Shown: one piece after another, positions 45,271 to 61,351 of the stretch
How the letters are laid out: every line of letters begins with the position of its first letter
Numbering within the stretch: position 1 is the stretch's first letter
Assembly (NCBI RefSeq): GCF_009914755.1
Contig: NC_060946.1
Strand: one strand, 5' to 3'
DNA: 64,000 nt
Source: the human T2T-CHM13v2.0 reference genome, Homo sapiens
Made by a program: the position numbers and the translations under genes
Notes under the pieces: generated by a model
The model's database searches: none
The model's input: only the letters and a program-made list of their open reading frames with translations
Told to the model about the DNA's origin: nothing

Positions 45271-48200
45271 AATTACACAAACTATGCATTATATACTGTA
45301 CATAAAATATGAAATTACATCAAATATATATTAGGTACATAAAATATGAAAGTACATCACATATAGATTATATACTGTACATAAAATATCAAAGTACGCC
45401 AAATATATATTATATACTCTACATGAAATATCAAAGTTCACAAACTATACATTATATACTGTACATAAAATATCAAAGTACACAAGGTATATATTCTATA
45501 CTGTACAAAAAATATCAAAGTACCCAAAGCATGTATTATATACTGTACATAAAATATGAAAGTACATCAAATATATATTTTATTCTGTACATAAAATATG
45601 AAAGTACACCAGATATATATTCTATAGCGTACATAAAATATCAAAGTACCCAAACTATACATTATATACTGTACATAAAATATGAAATTACATCAACTAT
45701 ATATTATATTAGGTACATAAAATATGAAAGTACATCAAATATAGAATATATACTGTACATATAATATCAATGTAACCCAAATATATATTTTGTACTCTAC
45801 ATGAAATATCAAAGTTCACAAACCATATATTATATACTATACATAAAATATCAAAGAACCCAAGGTATATATTCTATACTGTACAAAAAATATCAAAGTA
45901 CCCAAAGCATGTATTATATACTGTACATAAAATATGAAAGTACATCAAATATATATTTTATTCTGTACATAAAATATCAAAGTACACCCGATATATATTC
46001 TATAGGGTACATAAAATATCAAAGTACCCAAACTATACATTATATACTGTACATAAAACATGAAATTACATCAAATATATATTATATTAGGTACATAAAA
46101 TATGAAAGTATATCAAATATAGATTATATACTGTATATTAAATACCAAAGTACCCCAAATATATATTTTATACTGTACATGAAATATCAAAGTTCACAAA
46201 CTATATATTATATACTGTACATAAAATATCAAAGTACCCAAGGTATATATTCAATATTGTACAAAAAATATCAAAGTACCCAAAGCATGTATTATATACT
46301 GTACATAAAATATGAAAGTACATCAAATATATATTTTATTCCGTACATAAAATATCAAAGTACACCAGATATATATTCTATAGCGTACATAAAATATCAA
46401 AGTACACAAACTATACATTATATACTGTACATAAAATATGAAATTACATCAAATATATATTATATTAGGTACATAAAATATGAAAGTACATCAAATATAG
46501 ATTATATACTGTACATTAAATACCAAAGTACCCCAAATATATATTATATACTCTACAGGAAATATCAAAGTTCACACACTATATATTATATACTGTACAT
46601 AAAATATCTAAGTACCCAAGGTATATATTCTATACTGTACAAAAAATATCAAAGTACTCAAAGCATGTATTATATACTGTATATAAAATATGAAATTACA
46701 TCAAATATATATTTTATTCTGTACATAAAATATCAAAGTACACCAGATATATATTCTATAGTGTACATAAAATAACAAAGTACACAATCTATAAATTATA
46801 TACTGTACATAAAATATGAAATTACATCAAATATATATTAGGTACATAAAATATAAAAGTACATCAAATATAGATTATATACTGTACATATAATATCAAT
46901 GTACCCCAAATATATATTTTATACTCTACATGAAATATCAAAGTTCACAAACCATATATTATATACTGTACATAAAATATCAAAGTACCCAAGGTATATA
47001 TTCTATACTGTACAAAAAATATCAAAGTACCCAAAGCATGTATTATATACTGTACATAAAATATGAAAGTACATCAAATATATATTTTATTCTGTAAATA
47101 AAATATGAAAGTACACCAGATATATATTCTATAGTGTACATAAAATATCAAAGTACCCAAACTATACATTATATACTGTACATAAAATATGAAATTACAT
47201 CAAATATATATTAGGTACATAAAATATGAAAGTACATCAAATATAGATTATATACTGTACATAAAATATCAAAGTACCCCAAATATATATTATATACTGT
47301 ACATGAAATATCAAAGTTCACAAACTATATATTATATACTGTACATAAAATATCAAAGTACCCAAGGTATATATTCTATACTGCACAAAAAATATCAAAG
47401 TACCCAAAGCATGTATTATATACTGTATATAAAATATGAAATTACATCAAATATATATTTTATTCTGTACATAAAATATCAAAGTACACCAGATATATAT
47501 TCTATAGTGTACATAAAATAACAAAGTACACAAACTATAAATTATATACTGTACAAAAAATATGAAATTACATCAAATATATATTAGGTACATAAAATAT
47601 GAAAGTACATCAAATATAGATTATATACTGTACATATAATATCAATGTACCCCAAATATATATTTTGTACTCTACATGAAATATCAAAGTTCACAAACCA
47701 TATATAATATACTGTACATAAAATATCAAAGTACACAAGGTATATATTCTATACTGTACAAAAAATATCAAAGTACCCAAAGCATGTATTATATACTGCA
47801 CATAAAATATGAAAGTACATCAAATATATATTTTATTCTGTACATAAAATATCAAAGTACACCAGATATATATTCTATAGTGTACATAAAATATCAAAGT
47901 ACCCAAACTATACATTATATACTGTACATAAAATATGAAATTACATCAAATATATATTATATTAGGTACATAAAATATGAAAGTACATCAAATATAGATT
48001 ATATACTGTATATTAAATACCAAAGTACCCCAAATATATATTTTATACTGTACATGAAATATCAAAGTTCACAAACTATATATTATATACTGTACATAAA
48101 ATATCAAAGTACCCAAGGTATATATTCTATGCTGTACAAAAAATATCAAAGTACCCAAAGCATGTATTATATACTGTACATAAAATATGAAAGTACATCA

Positions 48201-51052
48201 AATATATATTTTATTCTGTACATAAAATATCAAAGTACACCAAATATGTATTCTATAGTGTACATAAAATAACAAAGTACAAAAACTATAAATTATATAG
48301 TGTAAATAAAATATGAAATTACATCAAATATATATTAGGTACATAAAATATGAAAGTACATCAAATATAGATTATACACTGTACATAAAATATAAATGTA
48401 ACCCAAATATATATTTTATACTCGACATGAAATATCAAAGTTCACAAACCATATATTATATACTGTACATAAAATATCAAAGTACCCAAGGTATATATTA
48501 TATACTGTACAAAAAATATCAAAGTACCCAAAGCATCTATTATATGCTGTACATAAAATATGAAAGTACATCAAATATATATTTTATTCTGTACATAAAG
48601 TATCAAAGTACACCAGATATATATTCTATAGAGTACATAAAATATCAATGTACACAAACTATACATTATATACTGTACATAAAATATGAAATTACATCAA
48701 ATATATATTAGGTACATAAAATATGAAAGTACATCAAATATAGATTATATACTGTACATAAAATATCAATGTACCCCAAATATATATTTTATACTCTACA
48801 TGAAATATCATAGTTCACAAACCATATATTATATACTGTACATAAAATATCAAAGTACCCAAGGTATATATTCTATACTATACAAAAAATATCAAAGTAC
48901 CCAAAGCATGTGTTATATACTGTACATAAAATATGAAAGTACATCAAATATATATTTTATTCTGTACATAAAATATCAAAGTACACCAGATATATATTCT
49001 ATAGTGTACATAAAATATCAAAATACCCAAACTATACATTATATACTGTACATAAAATATGAGATTACATCAAATATATATTATATTAGGTACATAAAAT
49101 ATGAAAGTACATCAAATATAGATTATATACTGTACATAAAATATCAAAGTACCCCAAATATATATTATATACTCTACATGAAATATCAAAGTTCACAAAC
49201 TATATATTATATACTGTACATAAAATATCAAAGTACCCAAGGTATATATTCTATACTGTACAAAAAATATCAAAGTACCCAAAGCATGTATTATATACTG
49301 TATATAAAATAAGAAAGTACATTAAATATATATTTTATTCTGTACATAAAATATCAAAGTACACCAGATATATATTCTATAGTGTACATAAAATAACAAA
49401 GTACACAAACTATAAATTATATACTGTACATAAAATATGAAATTACATCAAATATATATTAGGTACATAAAATATGAAAGTACATCAAATATAGATTATA
49501 TACTGAACATATAATATCAATGTACCCCAAATATATATTTTATACTCTACATGAAATATCAAAGTTCAGAAACCATACATTATATACTGTACATAAAATA
49601 TCAAAGTACCCAAAGTATATATTCTATACTGTACAAAAAATATCAAAGTACCCAAAGCATGTATTATATACTGTACATAAAATATGAAAGTACATCAAAT
49701 ATATATTTTATTCTGTACATAAAATATCACAGTACACCAGATATATATTCTATAGTGTACATAAAATATCAAAGTACCCAAACTATACATTATATACTGT
49801 ACATAAAATATGAAATTACATCAAATATATATTAGGTACATAAAATATGAAAGTACATCTAATATAGATTATATACTGTACATAAAATATCAAAGTACCC
49901 CAAATATATATTATATACTCTACATGAAATATCAAATTTCACCAACTATATATTATATACTGTACATAAAATATCAAAGTACCCAAGGTATATATTCTAT
50001 ACTGTACAAAAAATATCAAAGTACCCAAAGCATGTATTATATACTGTATATAAAATATGAAAGTACATTAAAGATATATTTTATTCTGTATATAAAATAT
50101 CAAAGTACACCAGATATATATTCTATAGTGTACATAAAATAACAAAGTACACAAACTATAAATTATATACTGTACATAAAATATGAAATTACATCAAATA
50201 TATATTAGGTACATAAAATATGAAAGTACATCAAATATACATTATACACTGTACATATAATATCAATGTACCGCAAATATATATTTTATACTCTACATGA
50301 AATATCAAAGTTCACAAACCATATATTATATACTGTACATAAAATATCAAAGTACCCAAAGTATATATTCTATACTGTACAAAAAATATCAAAGTACCCA
50401 AAGCATGAATTATATACTGTACATAAAATATGAAAGTACATCAAATATATATTTTATTCTGTACATAAAATATCAAGGTACACCAGATATATATTCTATA
50501 GTGTACATAAAATATCAAAGTACCCAAACTATACATTATATACTGTACATAAAATATGAAATTACATCAAATATACATTATATTAGGTACATAAAATATG
50601 AAAGTACATCAAATATAGATTATATACTGTACATTAAATACCAAAGTACCCCAAATATATATTTTATACTCCACATGAAATATCAAAGTTCACAAACCAT
50701 ATATTATATACTGTACATAAAATTTCAAAGTACCCAAGGTATATATTCTATACTATACAAAAAATATCAAAGTACCCAAAGCATGTATTATATACTGTAC
50801 ATAAAATATGAAAGTACATCAAATATATATTTTATTCTGTACATAAAATATCAAAGTACACCAGATATATATTCTATAGTGTACATAAAATATCAAAATA
50901 CCCAAACTATACATTATATACTGTACATAAAATATGAGATTACATCAAATATATATTATATTAGGTACATAAAATATGAAAGTACATCAAATATAGATTA
51001 TATACTGTACATAAAATATCAAAGTACCCCAAATATATATTTTTTACTCTAC

Positions 51053-54000
51053 ATGAAATATCAAAGTTCACAAACCATATATTATATAGTGTACATAAAA
51101 TATCAAAGTACCCAAGGTATATATTCTATACTGTACAAAAAATATCAAAGTACCCAAAGCCTGTATTATATTCTGTACATAAAATATGAAAGTACATCAA
51201 ATATATATTTTATTCTGTACATAAAATATCAAAGTACACCAGATATATATTCTATAGTGTACATAAAATATCAAAGTACCCAAACTATACATTATATACT
51301 GTACATAAAATATGAAATTACATCAAATATATATTATATTAGGTACATAAAATATGAAAGTACATCAAATATAGATTATATACTGTACATAAAATATCAA
51401 AGTACCCCAAATATATATTATATAGTGTACATGAAATATCAAACTTCACAAACTATATATTATATACTGTACATAAAATAGCAAAGTACCCAAGGTATAT
51501 ATTCTATCCTGTACAAAAAATATCAAAGTACCCAAAGCATGTATTATATACTGTATATAAAATATGAAAGTACATCAAATATATATTTTATTCTGTACAT
51601 AAAATATCAAAGTACACCAGATATATATTCTATAGTGTACATAAAATAACAAAGTACAAAAGCTATAAATTATATACTGTACATAAAATATGAAATTACA
51701 TCAAATATATATTGGTACATAAAATATGAAAGTACATCCAATATAGATTATATACTGTACATAAAATATCAATGTACCACAAATATATATTTTATACTCT
51801 ACATGAAATATCAAAGTTCACAAACCATATATTATATACTGTACATAAAATATCAAAGTACCCAAGGTATATATTCTATACTGTACAAAAAATATCAAAG
51901 TACCCAAAGCATGTATTATATACTGTACATAAAATATGAAAGTACATCAAATATATATTTTATTCGGTACATAAAATATCAAAGTACACCAGATATATAT
52001 TCTATAGTGTACATAAAATATCAAAGTACCCAAACTATACATTATATACTGTACATAAAATATGAAATTACATCAAATATATATTATATTAGGTACATAA
52101 AATATGAAAGTACATCAAATATAGATTATATACTGTACATAAAATATCAAAGTACCCCAAATATATATTATATACTGTAAATGAAATATCAAAGTTCACA
52201 AACTATATATTATATACTGTACATAAAATATTAAAGTACCCAAGGTATATATTCTATACTGCACAAAAAAATCAAAGTACCCAAAGCATGTATTATATAC
52301 TGTATATAAAATATGAAAGTACATCAAATATATATTTTATTCTGTACATTATATATCAAAGTACACCAGATATATATTCTATAGTGTACATAAAATAACA
52401 AAGTACACAAACTATAAATTTTATACTGTACATAAAATATGAAATTACATCAAATATATATTAGGTACATAAAATATGAAAGTACATCAAATATAGATTA
52501 TATACTGTACATAAAATATCAATGTACCCCAAATATATATTTTATACTCTACATGAAATATCAAAGTTCACAAACCATATATTGTATACTGTACATAAAA
52601 TATCAAAGTACCAAAGGTATGTATTCTATACTGTACAAAAAATATCAAAGTACCCAAAGCATGTATTATATACTGTACATAAAATATGAAAGTACATCAA
52701 AAATATATATTTAATTCTGAACATAAAATATCAAAGTACACCAGATATATATTCTATAGTGTACATAAAATATCAAAGTACCCAAACTATTTATTATATA
52801 CTGTACATAAAATATGAAATTACATCAAATATATATTATATTAGGAACATAAAATACGAAAGTACATCAAATATAGATTATATACTGTACATAAAATATC
52901 AAAGTACCCCAAATATATATTATATACTCTGCATGAAATATCAAAGTTCACAAACTATATATTATATACTGTACATAAAATATCAAAGTACCCAAGGTAT
53001 ATATTCTATACTGTACAAAAAATATCAAAGTACCCAAAGCATGTATTATATACTGTACATAAAATATGAAAGTACATCAAATATATATTTTATTCTGTAC
53101 ATAAAATATCAAGGTACACCAGATATATATTCTATAGTGTACATAAAATATCAAAGTACCCAAAGTATAAATTATATACTGTACATAAAATATGAAATTA
53201 CATCAAATATATATTATATTAGGTACATAAAATATGAAAGTACATCAAATATAGATTATATACTGTACATTAAATACCAAAGTACCCCAAATATATATTT
53301 TATACTGTACATGAAATATCAAAGTTCACAAACTATATGTTATATACTGTAAATAAAATATCAAAGAACCCGAGGTATATATTCTATACTGTACAAAAAA
53401 TATCAAAGTACCCAAAGCATGTATTATATACTGTACATAAAATATGAAAGTACATCAAATATATATTTTATTCTGTACATAAAATATCAAAGTACACCAG
53501 ATATATATTCTATAGTGTACATAAAATATAAAAGTACCCAAACTATACATTATATACTGTACATAAAATATGAAATTACATCAAATATATTTTATATTAG
53601 GTACATAAAATATGAAAGTACATCAAATATAGATTATATACTGTACATTAAATACCAAAGTACCCCAAATATATATTTTATACTGTACATGAAATATCAA
53701 AGTTCACAAACTACATATTATATACTGTACATATAATATCAAAGTACCCGAGGTATATATTCTATACTGTACAAAAAATAACAAAGTACCAAAAGCATGT
53801 AATATATACTGTACCTAAAATATGAAAATACATCAAATATATATTTTATTCTTTACATAAAATATCAAAGTACACCAGATATATATTCTATAGTGTACAT
53901 AAAATATCAAAGTACCCAAACTATACATTATATACTGTACATAAAATATGAAATTACATCAAATATATATTAGGTACATAAAATATGAAAGTACATCAAA

Positions 54001-55028
54001 TATAGATTATATACTGTACATAAAATATCAAAGTACCCCAAATATATATTATATACTGTACATGAAATATCAGAGTTCACAAACTATATATTATATACTG
54101 TACATAAAATATCAAAGTACCCAAGGTATATATTCTATACTGTACAAAAAATATCAAAGTACCCAAAGCATGTATTATATACTGTACATAAAATATGAAA
54201 GTACATCAAATATATATTTTATTCTGTACATAAAATATCAAAGTACACCAGATATATATTCTATAGTGTACATAAAATAACAAAGTACAAAAACTATAAA
54301 ATATATACTGTACATAAAATATGAAATTACATCAAATATATATTAAGTACATAAAATATGAAAGTACATCAAATATAGATTATATACTGTACATAAAATA
54401 TCAATGTACCCCAAATATATATGTTATACTCTACATGAAATATCAAAGTTCACAAACCATATATTATATACTGTACATAAAATATCAAAGTACCCAAGTT
54501 ATAAATTCTATACTATACAAAAAATATCAAAGTACCCAAAGCATGTATTATATACTGTACATAAAATATGAAAGTACATCAAATATATATTTTATTCTTT
54601 ACATAAAATATCAAAGTACACCAGATATATATTCTATAGTGTACATAAAATATCAAAGTACCCAAACTATACATTATATACTGTACATAAAATATGAGAT
54701 TACATCAAATATATATTATATTAGGTACATAAAATATGAAAGTACATCAAATATAGATTATATACTGTACATAAAATATCAAAGTACCCCCAAATATATA
54801 TTATATACTCTACATGAAATATCAAAGTTCACAAACTATATATTATATACTGTACATAAAATATCAAAGTACCCATGGTATATATTCTATACTGTACAAA
54901 AAATATCAAAGTACCCAAAGCATGTATTATATACTGTACATAAAATATGAAATTACATCAAATATATATTTTATTCTGTACATAAAATATCAAAGTACAC
55001 CAGATATATATTCTATAGTGTACATAAA
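51053..55028 (+). repeat. Copy of ~12186-16160 (offset 38867)
   Basis: Landmark pairs 12936/51803, 13572/52439, 13892/52759, 15081/53948, 15454/54321; shared TATTAAAGT, TGCACAAAAAAATC, ACCAAAGGTATG, AGGAACATAAAATACG. Confidence 0.85.
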
Positions 55029-55774
55029 ATATCAAAGTACCCAAACTATACATTACATACTGTACATAAAATATGAAATTACATCAAATATATATTATAT
55101 TAGGTACATAAAATATGAAAGTACATCAAATATAGATTATATACTGTACATAAAATATCAAAGTACCCCAAATATATATTATATAGTGTACATGAAATAT
55201 CAAACTTCACAAACTATATATTAAATACTGTACATAAAATAGCAAAGTACCCAAGGTATATACTCTATCCTGTAAAAAAAATATCAAACTACCCAAAGCA
55301 TGTATTATATACTGTATATAAAATATGAAAGTACATCAAATATATATTTTATTCTGTACATAAAATATCAAAGTACACCAGATATATATTCTATAGTGTA
55401 CATAAAATAACAAAGTACAAAAGCTATAAATTATATACTGTACATAAAATATGAAATTACATCAAATATATATTGGTACATAAAATATGAAAGTACATCC
55501 AATATAGATTATATACTGTACATAAAATATCAATGTACCACAAATATATATTTTATACTCTACATGAAATATCAAAGTTCACAAACCATATATTATATAC
55601 TGTACATAAAATATCAAAGTACCCAAGGTATATATTCTATACTGTACAAAAAATATCAAAGTACCCAAAGCATGTATTATATACTGTACATAACATATGA
55701 AAGTACATCAAATATATATTTTATTCTGTACATAAAATATCAAAGTACACCAGTTATATATTCTATAGTGTACA

Positions 55775-58700
55775 TAAAATTACAAAGTACACAAACTATA
55801 CATTATATACTGTACATAAAATATGAAATTACATCAAATATATATTAGGTACATAAAATATGAAAGTACATCAAATATAGATTATATACTGTACATAAAA
55901 TATCAAAGTACCCCAAATATATATTATATACTCTACATGAAATATCAAAGTTCACAAACTGTATATTATATACTGTATATAAAATATCAAAGTACCCAAG
56001 GTATATATTCTATACTGTACAAAAAATATCAAAGTACCCAAAGCATGTATTATATACTGTATATAAAATATGAAAGCACATCAAATATATATTTTATTCT
56101 GTACATAAAATATCAAAGTACACCAGATATATATTCTATAGTGTACATAAAATATCAAAGTACCCAAACTATACATTATATACTGTACATAAAATATGAA
56201 ATTACATCAAATATATATTATATTAGGTACATAAAATATGAAAGTACATCAAATATAGATTATATACTGTACATAAAATATCAAAGTACCCCAAATATAT
56301 ATTATATACTCTACATGAAATATCAAAGTTCACAAACTATATATTATATACTGTACATAAAATATCAAAGTACCCAAGGTATATATTCTATAATGTATAA
56401 AAAATATCAAATTACCCAAAGCATGTATTATATCCTGTACATAAAATATGAAAGTACATCAAGTATATATTTTATTCTGTACATAAAATATCAAAGTACA
56501 CCAGATATATATTCTATAGTGTACATAAAATAACAAAGTACACAAACTATACATTATATACTGTACATAAAATATGAAATTACATCAAATATATATTAGG
56601 TACATAAAATATGAAAGTACATCAAATATAGGTTATATACTGTACATAAAATATCAAAGTACCCCAAATATATATTATATACTCTACATGAAATATCAAA
56701 GTTCACAAACTATATATTATATACTGTACATAAAATATCAAAGTACCCAAAGTATATATTCTATACTGTACAAAAAATATCAAAGTACCCAAAGCATGTA
56801 TTATATACTCTATATAAAATATGAAAGTACATCAAATATATATTTTATTCTGTACATAAAATATCAAAGTACACCAGATATATATTCTATAGTGTACATA
56901 AAATATCAAAGTATGCAAACTATACATTATATACTGTACATAAAATATGAAATCACATCAAATATATATTATATTAGGTACATAAAATATGAAAGTACAT
57001 CAAATATAGATTATATACTGTACATTAAATACCAAAATACACCAAATATATATTTTATACTGTACATGAAATATCAAAGTTCACAAACTATATGTTATAT
57101 ACTTTACATAAAATATCAAAGTACCCGAGGTATATATTCTATACTGTACAAAAAATATCAAAGTACCCAAAGCATGTATTATATACTGTACATAAAATAT
57201 GAAAGTACATCAAATATATATTTTATTCTGTACATAAAATATCAAAGTACACCAGATATATATTCTATAGTGTACATAAAATATAAAAGTACCCAAACTA
57301 TACATTATATACTGTACATAAAATATGAAATTACATCAAATATATTTTATATTAGGTACATAAAATATGAAAGTACATCAAATATAGATTATATACTGTA
57401 CATTAAATACCAAAGTACCCCAAATATATATTTTATACTGTACATGAAATACCAAAGTTCACAAACTACATATTATATACTGTACATATAATATCAAAGT
57501 ACCCGAGGTATATATTCTATACTGTACAAAAAATAACAAAGTACCAAAAGCATGTAATATATACTGTACCTAAAATATGAAAGTACATCAAATATATATT
57601 TTATTCTGTACATAAAATATCAAAGTACACCAGATATATATTCTATAGTGTACATAAAATATCAAAGTACCCAAACTATACATTATATACTGTACATAAA
57701 ATATGAAATTACATCAAATATATATTAGGTACATAAAATATGAAAGTACATCAAATATAGATTATATACTGTACATAAAATATCAAAGTACCCCAAATAT
57801 ATATTATATACTGTACATGAAATATCAGAGTTCACAAACTATATATTATATACTGTACATAAAATATCAAAGTACCCAAGGTATATATTCTATACTGTAC
57901 AAAAAATATCAAAGTACCCAAAGCATGTATTATATACTGTACATAAAATATGAAAGTACATCAAATATATATTTTATTCTGTACATAAAATATCAAAGTA
58001 CACCAGATATATATTCTATAGTGTACATAAAATAACAAAGTACAAAAACTATAAAATATATACTGTACATAAAATATGAAATTACATCAAATATATATTA
58101 AGTACATAAAATATGAAAGTACATCAAATATAGATTATATACTTTACATAAAATATCAATGTACCCCAAATATATATGTTATACTCTACATGAAATATCA
58201 AAGTTCACAAACCATATATTATATACTGTACATAAAATATCAAACAACCCAAGTTATATATTCTATACTATACAAAAAATATCAAAGTACCCAAAGCATG
58301 TATTATATACTGTACATAAAATATGAAAGTACATCAAATATATATTTTATTCTTTACATAAAATATCAAAGTACACCAGATATATATTCTATAGTGTACA
58401 TAAAATATCAAAGTACCCAAACTATACATTATATACTGTACATAAAATATGAGATTACATCAAATATATATTATATTAGGTACATAAAATATGAAAGTAC
58501 ATCAAATATAGATTATATACTGTACATAAAATATCAAAGTACCCCAAATATATATTATATACTCTACATGAAATATCAAAGTTCACAAACTATATATTAT
58601 ATACTGTACATAAAATATCAAAGTACCCAAGGTATATATTCTATACTGTACAAAAAATATCAAAGTACCCAAAGCATGTATTATATACTGTACATAAAAT

Positions 58701-59565
58701 ATGAAATTACATCAAATATATATTTTATTCTGTACATAAAATATCAAAGTACACCAGATATATATTCTATAGTGTACATAAAATTACAAAGTACACAAAC
58801 TATACATTATATACTGTACATAAAATATGAAATTACATCAAATATATATTAGGTACATAAAATATGAAAGTACATCAAATATAGATTATATACTGTACAT
58901 AAAATATCAAAGTACCCCAAATATATATTATATACTCTACATGAAATATCAAAGTTCACAAACTATATATTATATACTGTATATAAAATATCAAAGTACC
59001 CAAGGTATATATTCTATACTGTACAAAAAATATCAAAGTACCCAAAGCATGTATTATATACTGTATATAAAATATGAAAGCACATCAAATATATATTTTA
59101 TTCTGTACATAAAATATCAAAGTACACCAGATATATATTCTATAGTGTACATAAAATATCAAAGTACCCAAACTATACATTATATACTGTACATAAAATA
59201 TGAAATTACATCAAATATATATTATATTAGGTACATAAAATATGAAAGTACATCAAATATAGATTATATACTGTACATAAAATATCAAAGTACCCCAAAT
59301 ATATATTATATACTCTACATGAAATATCAAAGTTCACAAACTATATATTATATACTGTACATAAAATATCAAAGTACCCAAGGTATATATTCTATAATGT
59401 ATAAAAAATATCAAATTACCCAAAGCATGTATTATATCCTGTACATAAAATATGAAAGTACATCAAGTATATATTTTATTCTGTACATAAAATATCAAAG
59501 TACACCAGATATATATTCTATAGTGTACATAAAATAACAAAGTACACAAACTATACATTATATAC
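55775..59565 (+). repeat. 3004-bp (8 x HOR) super-unit plus partial tandem repeat; copy of ~19830-22985 (offset 35944)
   Basis: Pairs 19879/55823, 20630/56574, 21759/57703, 22132/58076, 22883/58827; 55823 and 58827 are 3004 bp apart with near-identical sequence. Confidence 0.85.
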
Positions 59566-59709
59566 TGCACATAAAATATGAAATTACATCAAATATATAT
59601 TTTATTCTTTACATAAAATATCAAAGAACACCAGATATATATTCTATAGTGTACATAAAATATCAAAGTACCCAAACTATACATTATATACTGTACATAA
59701 AATATGAAA

Positions 59710-61345
59710 TTACATCAAATATATATTAGGTACATAAAATATGAAAGTACATCAAATATAGATTATATACTGTACATAAAATATCAAAGTACCCCAAATA
59801 TATATTATATACTCTGCATGAAATATCAAAGTTCACAAACTATATATTATATACTGTACATAAAATATCATATTACCCAAGGTATATATTCTATACTGTG
59901 CAAAAAATATCAAAGTACCCAAAGCATGTATTATATACTGTATATAAAATATGAAAGTACATAAAATATATATTTTATTCTGTACATAAAATATCAAAGT
60001 ACACCAGATATATATTCTATAGTGTACATAAAATAACAAAGTACAAAAACTATAAAATATATACTGTACATAAAATATGAAATTACATCAAATATATATT
60101 AAGTACATAAAATATGAAAGTACATCAAATATAGATTATATACTGTACATAAAATATCAATGTACCCCAAATATGTATGTTATACTCTACATGAAATATC
60201 AAAGTTCACAAACCATATATTATATACTGTACATAAAATATCAAAGTACCCAAGTTATATATTCTATACTATACAAAAAATATCAAAGTACCCAAAGCAT
60301 GTATTATATACTGTACATAAAATATGAAAGTACATCAAATATATATTTTATTCTTTACATAAAATATCAAAGTACACCAGATATATATTCTATAGTGTAC
60401 ATACAATATCAAAGTACCCAAACTATACATTATATACTGTACATAAAATATGAGATTACATCAAATATATATTATATTAGGTACATAAAATATGAAAGTA
60501 CATCAAATATAGATTATATACTGTACATAAAATATCAAAGTACCCCAAATATATATTATATACTCTAAATGAAATATCAAAGTTCACAAACTATATATTA
60601 TATACTGTACATAAAATATCAAAGTACCCAAGGTATATATTCTATACTGTACAAAAAATATCAAAGTACCCAAAGCATGTATTATATACTGTACATAAAA
60701 TATGAAATTACATCAAATATATATTTTATTCTGTACATAAAATATCAAAGTACACCAGATATATATTCTATAGTGTACATAAAATTACAAAGTACACAAA
60801 CTATACATTATATACTGTACATAAAATATGAAATTACATCAAATATATATTAGGTACATAAAATATGAAAGTACATCAAATATAGATTATATACTGTACA
60901 TAAAATATCAAAGTACCCCAAATATATATTATATACTCTACATGAAATATCAAAGTTCACAAACTATATATTATATACTGTATATAAAATATCAAAGTAC
61001 CCAAGGTATATATTCTATACTGTACAAAAAATATCAAAGTACCCAAAGCATGTATTATATACTGTATATAAAATATGAAAGCACATCAAATATATATTTT
61101 ATTCTGTACATAAAATATCAAAGTACACCAGATATATATTCTATAGTGTACATAAAATATCAAAGTACCCAAACTATACATTATATACTGTACATAAAAT
61201 ATGAAATCACATCAAATATATATTATATTAGGTACATAAAATATGAAAGTACATCAAATATAGATTATATACTGTACATAAAATATCAAAGTACCCCAAA
61301 TATATATTATATACTCTACATGAAATATCAAAGTTCACAAACTAT
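59710..61345 (+). repeat. Copy of ~18760-20395 (offset ~40949)
   Basis: Shared ATCATATTACC, CTGTGCAAAA and CTCTAAATGAA; pairs 19128/60077, 19620/60569, 19879/60828. Confidence 0.8.
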
Positions 61346-61351
61346 ATATTG

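Noticed and set aside
50297-51481. 394-aa ORF and all other Y/I/K-rich + strand ORFs
   Set aside because: They are translations of the 42-bp monomer (14 codons) in a frame that happens to lack stops; starts and ends are set by satellite SNVs and the 5-bp frameshift. No domain, splice structure or promoter context.
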